This document shows positions 50,860 to 64,000 of a stretch of DNA of 64,000 nucleotides, one piece after another. The first letter of the stretch is position 1. Every line of letters begins with the position of its first letter. The notes below the pieces were generated by a model that made no database searches, was not told the origin of the DNA, and saw nothing but the letters and a program-made list of their open reading frames with translations. A program made the position numbers and the translations under genes. This DNA is from the human T2T-CHM13v2.0 reference genome, Homo sapiens. Where the stretch lies: the NCBI RefSeq assembly GCF_009914755.1, contig NC_060930.1; one strand, given 5' to 3'.

Positions 50860-51048
50860 CAAGGTTTCGTTCTCAACCTTGGCACTATTGACAGTTGGAG
50901 TGGGATACTTTTTGGTAGAGTGGTAGGCTGTGATTTTTCACAGTATCTCTGGCATCTAGGCACTAGATGGGGGTAGCACCACCTTCCCCAGTTGTGACAA
51001 CCAAAGGATCTTCAGACATTTCCCAAGGTCTCCAGGCTTAGAACCATA
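50860..51048. mobile_element. MER20 hAT MITE
   Basis: ttctcaaccttggcactattgaca...ccccagttgtgacaaccaaa..cttcagacatt. Confidence 0.75.
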
Positions 51049-53539
51049 GACTTAGAGGCAAGACTCTTAGGACTGTACTTGTAGATGCTGGTGGGGGCTT
51101 TGACAGTCAGCCCACTCCCACTCATGGGCTATCTGTCCCCATCCAGGGAACGTCTCAAGTCCTAGAAAGAAATTCACCTCCAAGAAGGCCTGCTTGCTTA
51201 CCTAGCCTTAGCTTATGCTCTGTGTCCAGTGATTCTGAAAGATCCATTTACTCTCTTTTGCCTGAACTAGCTGGAGTTGACAAAAATACTTTGAGAGCTT
51301 CCCTATCGGTAGGGAGGAGCTCCTGACATTTCCTGAGAATTCCATGCTCCTCTCTTGTCTTATCCTACTGCTCTCCCTTTCCACCCGGTGCAAGCTCTAC
51401 ACTAAAAAAAAGAACCCCACTGGGAACCAGCTGACCTCGCTGACCTTGGACAAGTCAGTCTCTGCTCTGGACTTTTGTTTTCTTATCCAACTGTGAAATA
51501 GTTGGACTAGACGATACACCTTCAATTCTACTTAATTCAGTTCTAGAGCAGAAAGGAGCTTAGAATATTATGACCTGAATGTTCTTGCTTTTCTTGGCTT
51601 CTTTAATCTGCCAATTTAGACTTTAGGGGCAACCCTCTACTCCCCACAAGGGCACCAATCTATAACTTGTTTTTTGCCAAAATATTGTTTAGGGTTGATC
51701 TGCTTGATTTCACCTGTACTTACTCCCGCTCACTCACCACCCCAAAGCCTAACTTTGTTAACCCATAAATAAGAATAAACTCAGCCACATCTCTTGAAAA
51801 AGACAACTCATTTGTCATAATGATTACATCAGGAAGTTGTGAGTTCAATCACACCTTAAAAGACTACACAGTGCATTGAGATTAAGCAGCAAAATGTGTG
51901 AATGAAACCATATTTCAAATACATTGTGGGAATAGGTTATTTTAAGTAACCTGCTGGGAAAGCCTTTTGGAAAAAAAGATGAGTACTCTAAAAAAATATA
52001 AATCAAGTAACTATTACTGGATTTATCTGGCTGTATCATTTCAAAAATTACAAAAATCTGATTCATTCCTACAAAGGCATGCAACTTTTGCTGCTACTCT
52101 TACCGTGTTGCTACTATTGACTCTTGTCAAGGTCATGCCTGACTTTCACCAGACACACCTAGTGCTGCCAGGACAGGTGTCGTCAAGGTGGTGAAGGCTT
52201 CTCTGCCTCCGACTTGCTAGTTGTGTGACCTTAGCAAGTCAATTTCCCTCTCTGAGCTTTAGTTTTCTTTTTTCTAAAATGAGGAAGTTAAATTGTATTT
52301 CTAAGTTTACTCTAAAATTCTAAGAACTAAATAAGAAACATTGGTTAATGACAGGGCTGGCTTGAGAACACAGACTTCAGCAAGGCTGGGGAGCTGGATC
52401 CCAGCAGAACTGTCTCCCCTGGGTAAGCAAACCCTGGGCTCTTCCTCCTACCCCAAAGGGAGGGGTGGGCTGGAGCTTCCTCCCTTCCACCAAAGAGTCT
52501 AGAGGGTTTCACACCACAACCTGCTCCCTGCCCCTAGCTCCAGACCTTTTGATAATAGGCAGTGTTTCTAGGAAAATGGATGGAACTCTGCTAAGGGAAA
52601 CGCCAACAACAGGCCCAGGGGAAGAGAGAGGAAGACCCCATGGAGGATTCAGATGTTCTTCTGGGTGGAAGAGCCAAAAGCGAATGTACCAGCGTGTTGT
52701 TAGCACACACACACCCAGCGTGGGAAGAGGAGCAGCTGAGGTGACCAGGAGGTGACGGATGCTCTCACTCTTCATCACAAAATATTCAGAGAACACCATT
52801 CCAGCTCCTTGAGATCTACGGTGTCCAGAGCAACCCCAGATTCCTCCATCATTATAAATCCCTGACTAAAAGAAAGCAGCCAGAAGATTTTCCCCTGTGA
52901 AATGGCCCAAAGTCATCCCATCAGTCTTTCTCAAAGGTGCACTGGGCGCCTTTCATCATTATCACATTATAAATGAATTTGTTAAGAAATATGTGTTTGC
53001 TGACTACAATGTGCCAGTCACTGTGCTGGATGCTTGGGATGTAGCAATGAATAAACAAACCTATCAAGATTCCTGCCCTCAGGGAGGGTACAGTCTGGCA
53101 GGGGAGACAGACACACAATAAAGATAATAAATTAAATGGCATGTTAGAAGGTGATGGAACTAAGGAAAGAAAAGAAAGGAAAAGCCATCATTTACTTCAT
53201 CATTCGCGTTTTAGTTTTTCTTTAGCTCCAACATTTAGAATACCCCCAAATATTTTCTTCATATTATAATTTCTTATTCTTTAGTTTTTTTCGTTGCTAG
53301 CGTGACTACAGTATTGCTTGAGACTAATTTCATTCTATATGAATACACTTTATGCATTGCGTAATGTGGAAGTGCCTTGGCTCTGTTCAGTGAAACATTT
53401 TCTAAATTTTCCTTTCAATACTACCACAACTTGGGCAGAAAGAGCATTTTACAGACAAAAAGCCCAAGGTTCATGGAGTCTTTGAAAAGCTGAGTGTCTT
53501 GAATTTTTTTTTTTTCTCAGTATTCTTTTTCAGACTTAA

Positions 53540-53936
<397 letters not shown>

Positions 53937-56900
53937 TGGCAACTTCTAATATAGTGATTAAGTAGGTTCACACCTGATGGCATATTTCCAGTTCCGGGAA
54001 AGTGGTGGTTAAAAAGAAATCTGCTTACATTGTGTGCTCGATTATCACCACTGTGGTTCCTGATACCAGGTTATCCTTACAGGCCACCTGTGATTTCTTT
54101 AGAGAGCTGGCAACCTGCCCTGCTCATCATGGTGGGGGGACATTTTTCTCCACAGCATAAAATTGGTGAAGTGCAAGATCTGTTTTGGTTTCTCCCTAGA
54201 CCCTAATGATACTGGCAGATACCAGCCTGCCTTCTGGGATTTAACGTCAATTGCATCTTCTGGAAATGGGTTGCATCGTTTGATATAATCTAGTTAAGCC
54301 TTCTTCAGAGGGCAAATGGGACACATAGAGACACGCACACACACATAGACACACCCGCATGTGATTCCTAAAGTGCCTGGGGAATTTGTCTGTGTACATT
54401 CAGGGTATATAATTTGACAGGCTATAAAGGTGAAAGTTTTATCTCTGAATTTCTTTGGTCCCCTGTTCCTGCCGCCAGACAATTTCCTCCTAACATTGCA
54501 ATCTGTGACAAAACTTTTGTCCCTAGATTGGCTTTCTATGAAAGCTCTTGGTGCCTTTTAATCAGTTGCTAGGTGGTCTGTATCCATGGTCCAATTTCAG
54601 TATTAGTACAATCAGAACACATTAGGGAAGGTAACTTTACTTCTGTTGTAGCAAAAATATTCTTATGTAATGCATTCTAACATCACATGTAAATGATTTT
54701 TTTCTGTACCCTATCCAAAATAATCTAGAATCCTGCTCTTACCAGTGATGTGAACAACTGAGGAACTTCTAGCTTAGTGTCTTTCCACACTCTTCTCTTT
54801 TTTAGAGTATGCTTTTTAGAGTATGTTGTAATTCAGTACTAATATTGAATTACAACAGGTTAAAATTAGGCAGTGTGGTCCCTTAAAGGGAAGATGGGCT
54901 TTCAAATAAGGAATCTTGGGTGCAAAACCTGATATAATATTTTATTAATTGTGTGACTTTAGCCTATTTAGCTTACTCTCTGAAACTTAGTTTCTTTTTC
55001 TTTTTCTGTAAAATGGGAGGAAAAGTTACACCTTACAAATCTTTTTAGGGATATAAAAGGGGTAATGGAGAAAGTGGTTGAAATTTAGATAGAATATACT
55101 CAGGATATGTCAGTTTCCATCTTTCCTCCCCCCCCTTCTACATTCTCCCCCTTCGTTTGGTGATGATGCTTTCTTGGGAATGAAATTTTTATGTGACTGG
55201 TTTATTTCTCCATTAGAACAATCTCACACAGTCTGCCATGTGTCCTGGAGGTGTTGGCTCCCCATGTGTGTTATGGTGGAAAATGTATTCTCTTTCCCAC
55301 TGTGTTGATTCCAAGACACACTCATTTAAACCTGTGGCTAAAAATGACAGTCTGCCTTGTGGGCTGATCTCTTTCAGTATTGTGGTGTGACTGTTTTGCC
55401 CTTTAAAATCTGTTGGTTTGGGAATTAGGAGGTCAGGTATGTTCATCTAATTTGAAAATGTGCTGGAGAAATAACTGATACTCTTCTGATTTAGTCTCTC
55501 AATAAATCTTCCTTCAGCTTGAAACTCTGGTGCCAGAACTTTCTTTGCCATCAGCACCACAGGCGTGAGTTTCTGACAAGTAACCCATCCTATAGTCAAC
55601 TGCTTCTCTCTTAATTCAATGCCTGGGAAAAGCACAATGATTTCAGTACTGAGAAAATAAAGCTACAGTTTGGAGGACTAGAGGGCACTTTGAGAGGGCA
55701 CAATGGTGCCACCAAGATGCTACCTCTTTCCTCTGAATCAGGTGAAAAGGATAGTATTTGATATCTCTAGACAAGAGCTTCTCCAGGTGACAAGTACAAA
55801 TTACTCTCCTGTTTTTGTAATCTGACCGGTCAGCACCTGGTCCCAAACAACGGCTCTGGAAATAGAGAACATTCCAAAACCACATCTCACACTCCACATG
55901 TTGCCTTCCTTCTGAAATAAAGAATGACTCTGCAAAGAAAATAAAACAGAGGTGAGGAAAGCTTACAAATAATTAGGGAAAGGAAGGTGGGAGTCAGATT
56001 CAACATGCTGTGCTATCAAAAACACAGTAGAGACAGCTCCATTAACTTTGTGTGAATAACTAGATGAAATATACTCATAGGACTTAAATCACAAGCAAAG
56101 TGGAAATTGCCCAAAGATGTAAATAATTTCCTGATAGAGCCTTTCATAAATAATCATGGTCTGTCTCTGCTGGGTATTTCATGTCTAAATTGTCATCAAC
56201 ATAGTTTTGATTTTACCAACAAGACATGGGATTGTTTCTTATAATATAAAAGAAAGCTTAAGTACTTAATAGCATCCCTTTAGAATTATTTTTAACTCCT
56301 ATTTGCATCCAGAATAGGCAGAGGAAACCCAGTAAACCAAACAAAAACCAAACAGGAACAATGTTGTAGATAATTTCAAGGGACTTGTGCCCCTGCAATG
56401 GTAATAATGACCCTTTTGTATTGAAGGCTAGCCTTCAATGTGCCAAGAACACATGGGTGATAAAACCTCTAAGCTAAAAGTTGATCTGGTCTGGTAGGGC
56501 CCCACAAAGCAGGGGTGAGGGAACCCCCTATAGTACTGCTGTGGAGAGTAAATGTGTACTCAGGAATAAGTACTTGCTGGATACAGCGAAGAGCCAATCG
56601 TTGATTTGCATGTGTGATCACTTTTTCAAATAGCAGAAAAGAAACAAAAAGCATATGCAAAGATACTCTTTTCAGTTCTCTCCCTGATTCTAATTCATCA
56701 TTGATACACAGGGCAGAGTTGCTTTTCAATTTGAAAGCAGACCTGAAATGTTCGAAAGAACCAAGGAGTCAAGTCCAATGTCCCTGGACGTTCAAAACCT
56801 CCCCATCGCCGACCCCGATTGGCAGAGAAGCTGCCACACCCATGCAGAGCCCGGTTCCTCCCCACACCCTGTCCTGGCCTCTCTGAGCTGCCTCTGTCCT

Positions 56901-57996
56901 TGCTGCTCCTCTCAGAATCCCGCTGTCTTTCCAAGACCCAGATAGGGTGCCCTCTCTTCTCTTCTGGGAAACCTTATCCCCCTCCCCTGAAGACTGGAGT
57001 TATCTGTCCTGCTGCCCTTCACTTTTATTCAACGTTTGGCACGTCCCATACTAAGACGTGTGTTTTAGTTACCTGCCAGCCTTCCCAACCAGGTACAAAC
57101 TCTTCAAGGGCCAGGTCTTGGCTTATTCATCTTTGTAAGAGAGTGCTGCAGGCACTAGAAGAGTTTTTCAGCCCAGGGGAGGCAAGGTAAATGTTGGCTG
57201 ATACACCTTTTCCTCTCTATTTAGAGTCTGTGATTCACAGTTTGAAAAGTGGAGTGAGTCCTTTAATGTTTAAATCCCTTGCTATCCTTGAGTTCTTGCT
57301 GAGGTATCATATTGTGTCCTGGTCTTAGATTCCACAAAGTGTTTATGCTTCTGCCAAGAGCTTAGGCTCTGGAAGCTTGAGCCATATTTTGTCTTTCATT
57401 TCAAATCCTATCCATCAGATTATATTTTCCACATTGGCTTTTCCCTTACAGCCAAAACTAATTCTAAGTGTGTTCATATTCAGTGCTCACTTTGTAAGAA
57501 GGGCCTCCTTTGTGCAGGAGGCCCTGGGCTGGAGTCTGCCAGAGGATTCCAGATTTGTCACCACTCAGGACTGGGCTTTTGGTTGGTGCCTAGCGAGGGT
57601 GGTTGCTCCTGCCAGCCAAGGACCCTGCTGGAGAACTTGCCAGGGGAAGTATTTGCTCTTCTTAGGATTTTTGCAAATGGATTTTTTATGTAGTTCAGGG
57701 TGGATCAGTAATTTTCCACAGTCAGAATTTCTCCACCAGGTGGGCAGTTTCCCTTAGGTTGGTAGAGTGCCCCCTGATAAGATTCAGGGGCAAATAAATT
57801 ACTTGCCCATTCAGGATGTTTGGCTATCAGCCACAGAAGAGGAGGGGCCCCAGGGTGCAGCAGAAGACCCAAGAGAGCCAAAGAACCCAAACAGATAGGT
57901 GAAACAGAGTTCCAACCAAGAAGTTACCTACTGAACACTCAGGGACCCATGGTTGCTACACATACTAATGCTCTAATTCATAATATGAAGGACTGA

Positions 57997-58318
<322 letters not shown>

Positions 58319-58567
58319 TAGGGTGATCTTGCTGGTGTACTTCCAACAAGGCAATAAACCTTAAGGAAGACAACATATGTACTCACATACACACTACATA
58401 CACAACTATGGTTCATAGTCATTGAGCTCTTTTGAGGTGGGATGCTTTATGCTTTATATTCCATAGCTCCTTCAGTTTCCACAGCCCTAAGAGATAGACA
58501 TAATTATCACCGCTTTATCAATAAACAAAATGAGGCTTTAGGATGTTACATATTTTAACCTGTGTAT

Positions 58568-58889
<322 letters not shown>

Positions 58890-60211
58890 TGTATATCAAT
58901 ATTTTACCTGATGACTTCTCCAAATGTTCTTTTTCCTTTGTTTTTCCAGAGCTGGAAGAAACGAAGAACCTCAACAATTTTTATTTCTACTTTTGATCAA
59001 GGAAAAGCGTATTTAGAAGGTTCGCTAGAGAAAAATTTAGCAGTTTGGAGGATTGAGATCCTTTGGCAGAGATATGGGAGTGTGAGCAGGAAATATTTTT
59101 TTAAAGGAAGAGCTGGTGTTTTAGGATGTCAAAGGTACAAATTATGATGGTGCCATGGTTGACAGAAATTTGCAAGATCTCCGTATCTACATGAACTCTT
59201 TGCTCCTGACTATTAGCTGACTGGTCCAGAAATTCTTGATCCAAGCTTGATATGTAAGCTTCTCTCTCCTGTGAATATGGCACTGAGAGACACAAGATTA
59301 GAAGCCCTGGGTGCTGATCAAACTCATAGCAAGGAAGAGTGGTGGCTCAAGACTGCCTGCTCCTGAGACTTCTGAGAAGGGTGTCTCTCTGTCTGTGTGG
59401 ATGCCTGATGCTTCTGGTATTTCACAAATCTTGAGCCTGGCCAGGAGTTTACTAACAGGCACCCCTGTGTCATCTGAACAAGGTATGTTCAGCTCTCTGT
59501 TTTAATCCCTCTTCTGCCTTGAACCTCCCCGTCCGCAGGAAGAGGCAGAAATCCATTCTGTCTTTGTGTGTTGCAGGGTGAGCACAGAGGCCCAGAAGAG
59601 TCTCCTAGGCTTGTTCATGTTACTATGATAGCGCTTAGCAACTGCTAGCTCCCCCTTCCCTATCAGTTGTTGCTGCCAGGCCTGAGGCTGAAAGGGTGAG
59701 AGGATGAAGTGAGGCTGAAAGCAATGGTAGCTGCTGCTAACAAAACTTGCAGGGTGGGGATGTTCTCTTCATGGCTCCCTGTTGGGTAAGAAAGGAAAAA
59801 GAGGAAGGCCGGTATACTGCAGAGGGACAGAGTGTGTACACAAGGAGTGTGGTGGTGGGGGGTAGGTGCGCATGCCCTAAAGACTAAAAAGCTCCTCTCA
59901 GCCTTGGCGAGATTGCATAACCACCTGAGAAACAAAAATAGATGATTAGCAGAAACACCTTGTAAAAATATCTGCTCATTAAAAGTAGGTGTCTGAAATG
60001 TAAATGCTCGGAAAAATCTGCAAGTCTAGAAGATAAACTTTCTGAGTTTATTATCCTTTACAATGCACCATAGAGCTGGGAGGAGATTCAGGAATAAATT
60101 TGCAATGGCTGGAAAAAAGGTGTCTGGAAATGACCTCCTAGTAAATTAGATATGATGATTTCACAAGACAATGTAAGAAAAATTGAGAGAAACAACAGCA
60201 GTATTGAACAC

Positions 60212-60365
60212 CTAGCTATTCAGGAGGCCGAGTCAGGAGGATTGCTTGAGCCCAAGAAGTCAAGGCTGCAGTGAGCCGAGATTGTGCCACTGTACTGCAG
60301 CCTGGGCGACAGAGTGAGACTCTGTCTCAAAAAAAAAAAAAAAAAGATAAAAAGAAAAAGAAAAA
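60212..60365 (+). mobile_element. Truncated Alu right arm
   Basis: Alu 3' part plus A tail. Confidence 0.85.
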
Positions 60366-60880
60366 GATCCCCCCTGCCACCCACAAAAACAGTTCAGAAT
60401 ACCTTTGTTGATGTAATCAAGGGCAATAAATAACATAGATTTCGAAGTGATCAATTGCGGCAAGCCAAACTGGTGGATTTAAGGAGACTTACAAGACTAA
60501 CAATTGAGTCTGGCCAAACAGATGTTAAATATTCAGAATTTAGGAAAGCACTTTGGGTCAGCTCTCAAAACATTTTACTTGCAAAATGAGTTCAGATTCA
60601 TTTGGATATGAGCATGCTGGAAATTAGACAGCCAGCATGGGCTTTGGTGAGATCCAGGGTGCCCAGCAGAAAGGGAGATAGGAGGAGGAGGACAAGGCTC
60701 TCCACAAGGAATACTTCTTAGATTTATATTTATTCAATAATTATAAGGAGCTGATTCAATTTTCCTAAACTGTGAAGGCATAAAATAAAACAGAAACAAA
60801 TATATGCCAAGAAAAAGAAATAAGCAGATTGGATTCTGTTTTTTCAAAAAGCAATCTGAATCTGTATATTTTCCATGTTG

Positions 60881-60968
60881 AAGGGAATCATGGGTTGCAG
60901 TGAGGCAATCCTAGTCCTCCTCTTAAGGAAATCATGGGATGCAGTGAGGCAATCGTAGTCCTCCACTC
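60881..60968. repeat. 44-bp tandem duplication
   Basis: aagg(g/a)aatcatggg(t/a)tgcagtgaggcaatc(c/g)tagtcctcc x2. Confidence 0.9.
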
Positions 60969-61378
60969 ATCCCATGAGCATATGCTCCCTGCCTCCTGGA
61001 GGCCAGGCGCCATTCTAATGCTGGGCACAGGCTGAGTAAACACAGCCTCTGCCCCGGGCTGCTACTTGGTGCTGAGGAACCTCAGTGGAGTGGCTTGGAG
61101 GGACAGTGAAGCTCTCCAGAATAAGCTGGGCCTGAGTTGAGTCTTAGGTTATAATAATAATAACTGCTTATGTTGTATCGTATTTTGTATTTTAGAAAGC
61201 ACCTTTATGTATTTCTTATTTGGTCCTTGTCACAGCTATGTGGGGCAGTGCAGACAGTGCCAATCCTTTTGAGTCTACTTCACATAACCTCTTTACTGTG
61301 TTTGACATGACTGGCCATGCCCTTATTGTTGACATTCTCTCCTGGTGTCTGTGAGACTTTGAACCAATAGTTTCTTAC

Positions 61379-61753
61379 TGCTATGGTCTGAATGTTTGTG
61401 TCTGCCCCCATCCCTCTGGATCCCCTCACTCATATGTTGAAGTCCTCACCCCCAAAATGATGGTGTGAGGAGGCAAGGCCTTTGGGAGATGATTAGGTCA
61501 TGAGGCCAGAGCCCTCATAAATGAGGTTAGTGCCCTTATAAGAGAGGCTCTAGAGAGATTTCTTACCCCTTCTGCCATGTGAGGTTAGAGGGAGAAGACA
61601 GCTGTCAATGAGGAAGTGGGTCCTCACCACCAGATGTGGAATCTGCCTTGATCTTGGACTTCCCAGCCTCTAGAACTGTGAGAAATACATTGCTGTTGTT
61701 TATAAGGTATCCAGTTTATGGCATTTTGCTATAGTGGCCCAGACAGGCTAGGC
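61379..61753 (+). mobile_element. MLT1A-type MaLR LTR
   Basis: tgctatggtctgaatgtttgtgtc...ttgatcttggacttcccagcctctagaactgtgagaaat. Confidence 0.85.
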
Positions 61754-62689
61754 ATTTACTGTCTTCTTGGATGCTCCTTGGGATCTATTGCCACTCTTTT
61801 CCTTTATCCTACCCCTTAAATATCAGTGTCCCTAAGGAGACTATCTCCTGTTCTCTATCACTGGTGTTAATGTACTCCACTGATGGCTGACAAACCCAAT
61901 AATTGGAATGGCTTGCAGTTAGGGGATGGGAGGAATGGCACTGGAGGATGTCAAAGGGTTGGTAGATGTAGTTGGAAATAGTTTCCCAGGTAAATCTGAC
62001 AGCCCTCATTCCTTTCTGTTTTGGGAACCACCTACCTATAGATGCCAATGGTTACATTCCTAGCCGATCTCTTCATTGAACTCTGGATCTACTACCTAAT
62101 CTTCTACAGGAACTTTAGGCCTGGCTGTTTTACTAGAGCCTCAATCAAATGTCCCAAACAAAACCCACTAGTTCCTGCTCCCCCTACCATGGCCAGGATC
62201 ACGGCTGCATCTTCCACTTCTCCTTCTCCCCTCACATCCTTACCCATGGCTTATAATCCACCTCAAAACCTTCAATTATACTTTAAAAAGTCTCTAGAAT
62301 ATGCCTAATCCTCTCTGGCCCCACTACCACTGCATCAGTCTCTGGACTTGTCTTCGTGGTTGTAAGCTCTCCACGCACGTACTCTATACTGCCATTGGGA
62401 TAACAGTTCTAAAATAAAAACCTGCCTGCATTACTCATTGCCAATGGCCAGACAGAAAGGATGCTGTGTGCAGTTCTTTGGTACTAGTGTTACTTACCAG
62501 CCTCATCTTCTGCCATTCCCACTCTGCCTTTTCCTTGATGTCTGTGCTTCATTCTGTACTTCTTTCCTCAATGCCCCATGCTGTCCCTCGTCTGCCTGCA
62601 AAGCCCCACTCTGCTTGGCTAACTCTTCCTATACCTGCACCTTTACATTTGTTATGTCCATCTGGCAAGATTTCCCTGACCCCTTCTAG

Positions 62690-63071
<382 letters not shown>

Positions 63072-64000
63072 ACCTTTTTTTTTTTTTTTAATAAAGAAAA
63101 GACAATTGTTAATACATCATTTTACACTTAGAGCCCAAACTGAGCAGACGTTCAGTTAGTGTCTGTTAGATAAATACATGTTGCATAATGAATTATTTCT
63201 CATATGAAGAAATAAAGGTTAATTCACATGTCTAAGAGGGACAGAGTGAGTCCTCTAATCTAGGGTTATTCCTAATAAATTATTTATCTGTGATTAGAGA
63301 GACTCTGTACATATACATGAATTGGGGTTAAACCTTAATGTGAGATACTATTTGATAGGCTTTTCTAGTTTTCTTTTAAAATTTTGCTACAGAATGATAG
63401 CATTCTCAAAGACAGCAAGGGAATAAAGAGCAAATGTGACTGCTTAGAAATGGGGAGCCCACTGCTAACTCTCTGTGTGCTTCTCTTACAGCACTTAGCT
63501 CCTCCCAGGCCAGGCTCCCTCTCCATAATATATGTGGGTAGATTAGATGATGTTTAAAGGTCTAACTCTGTAATTCTATTATGCTGCATGTGTCACAGTG
63601 CCCTTTAAGCTACTTCCTCCTTAAAAGGCTCAGTGAGCAACCAGTGAAATATACCAGGAAGTATGATGTATCCTGAAGCTTGACACAAAAATCTCTTGGC
63701 ACAAGTATCCTGGACAACATGCAACTGATGGGCACACCTGGCCGGTCTCAGCTCCAGATGTTTTCCTTAATCCCTGGCCTTTCATCAGGAATGTGGATTT
63801 CTACTGCCATTTAATCCCTATCTAAACATACACCCACCTGAACGGTGTGGAGGACTGGATAGTAGATGGAATCAGTTCAAAGTGTAGATGGTGGCATGGT
63901 GTTTTTCACAGACAGCCTATCCTGGGGGTCTGTACTAGATATTTTCTCCCTATACCTATGTACAGGAAATTCTCCAGCCCATGAGGAAAGGACCCTATGC

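Noticed and set aside
55822-55833. 12-bp palindrome CTGACCGGTCAG
   Set aside because: Palindromes this short are expected by chance in 64 kb.

Overview
Primate, almost certainly human, genomic DNA containing the complete CITED2 gene on the minus strand. It has non-coding exon 1 (~4549-4314), a 460-nt intron, and exon 2 carrying the whole 270-aa CDS (3845-3033) plus a 3' UTR to ~2150, all within a CpG island. The rest is ~58 kb of upstream gene-poor DNA with about 40 Alus, L1, L2, MIR, LTRs, DNA-transposon fossils and microsatellites. No other protein-coding gene is supported; the remaining ORFs are Alu-derived, low-complexity or GC-rich shadow ORFs. I cannot demonstrate a new biological system. 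The best leads are: (i) three ancient CR1/L3 LINE fragments with readable reverse-transcriptase motifs and an LF-SINE-like relic, all candidate exapted CITED2 enhancers; (ii) a collapsed Alu reduced to a 19-nt head plus tail between intact TSDs; (iii) evidence that the short SRJ-less CITED2 isoform may be a template-switch artefact; (iv) a Met-Cys-Cys uORF and an intronic alternative start; (v) closely spaced inverted Alu pairs and a duplication-plus-palindrome scar. Repeat names are by-eye calls and boundaries are approximate.
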